A model generated the notes under the pieces. The model was not told where the DNA came from and searched no databases. It saw only the letters and a program-made list of their open reading frames with translations. Below are positions 63,042 to 64,000 of a stretch of DNA of 64,000 nt, piece by piece. The translations under genes and the position numbers were made by a program. Source of the stretch: Ostrea edulis (Eukaryota); NCBI RefSeq assembly GCF_947568905.1, contig NC_079170.1:49166001-49230000 (forward strand), given 5' to 3'. Positions within the stretch are counted from its first letter, which is position 1. The number at the start of each line of letters is the position of its first letter.

Positions 63042-64000
63042 ATGTCCGTTGCAAAATTAGTCTTTTTTATTTCATTGACCGTTTGTCATGGTAAAAGATT
63101 CGAACGTCTTATTGCCGGAAGTCCCGAGTTTTCAAGTGAAAGAGTTTCACATTTAGAATCCGTTGTTCAAAATTTGACTGCAACTGTTCAACAACTCACA
63201 CAGAGATTGACAACAGTTGAAAAATTCAGTAAGTGTGTATTCCGCTAGCTATATTAAGTTATTATATTCATGTACATATAAATATGATTATCTATGTACT
63301 GTGAAAGTGGATATGTATGCTGGGGGTTCCACGTCCAACATGACAAGTGGTAACTAAAAATAATATTTATTATATCAAATATTTATAACTATGGTATGGG
63401 CAAAATTTACAAGCTTTTTACGTGATCGCGTAATTAGTGTAAATTTTCCCCACGCGTGAATAACAACTTTTACAGTCTATATATTTTGTAACTTATCTGT
63501 TAAATGACACGCATGCAAACTTAGAATTGACAGATACTGGGAAATCTTGTATTATACAATCTATTAATGCTTCATGGTGTGTAAAAATAAATTTTGATAT
63601 GAATCGAGATCTATCGAATTCAAATGTTAGTTTAAATTTTCTATACATTACAGATTCGAATCCAGTCTATTTCTCCGCATATTTAACCGCCACTTTCACA
63701 CCTCCTCGTGACCAACACACTAATGTTCTATATAATGGACTTCATTTCGATAGTCACAAGGCATATAATCCCTCAACTGGATATTTTACGGCACCCGTTT
63801 CTGGACTATACGTCTTCAGTTGGGAGAATTTGACCGCACCAGGGAAAGTGTTTGATACTGAATTGCTAGTAAATGGTATTCGCCATGAGCTGGATAACTG
63901 CAACAACGAAGGCTCAACAGCTGGTTACCTCAGTTGTACTCAGGTGGTGCCTGTGAAACTAAATGCTGGGGACCTTGTCAATATCAGAACTACGTATGGA
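63042..64000 (+). CDS. C1q domain-containing protein (signal peptide, coiled coil, globular C1q), truncated by the window end
   Basis: join(63042..63228,63654..>64000), with a phase-1 intron TTC A|gtaagt ... ttacag|AT TCG. Exon 2 reads PVYFSAYL...VLYNGLHFDSHKAYNPSTGYFTAPVSGLYVFSW...LLVNG...QVVPVKLNAGDLVNIR, the C1q signature. Exon 2 is absent from the ORF track. Confidence 0.9.

Overview
This is eukaryotic, AT-rich, intron-containing genomic DNA. The gene and repeat content points to a bivalve mollusc, probably an oyster (inference). There is no prokaryotic operon, rRNA, true tRNA or CRISPR array. Genes rebuilt by hand from splice sites and reading-frame phase are: (1) the first coding exon of a copine (minus strand, gene runs off the left edge); (2) a 2-exon BTB/POZ protein; (3, 4) two complete 8-exon tandem paralogs of peroxisomal phytanoyl-CoA dioxygenase (PHYH, minus strand), both with a PTS2 signal; (5) a secreted Cys-rich Pif-like/peritrophin-A chitin-binding protein with a decayed Tc1 transposon in an intron; (6) a C1q-domain gene running off the right edge; (7, 8) two copies, 36 kb apart, of a putative 70-aa CxxC-CxxC zinc-ribbon micro-gene that the ORF track only partly shows. 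The rest is dense, often nested mobile DNA (Penelope-like, LINE, Tc1/mariner, Kolobok-, hAT- and MULE-like MITEs, Helentron-type elements, SINEs) plus mini- and microsatellites. The best leads are the duplicated zinc-ribbon micro-gene, gene-conversion-like tracts between the PHYH paralogs, different minisatellites starting at the same splice donor in both paralogs, and two insertions at the apex of DNA hairpins. All family names come from motif recognition; no database search was run.
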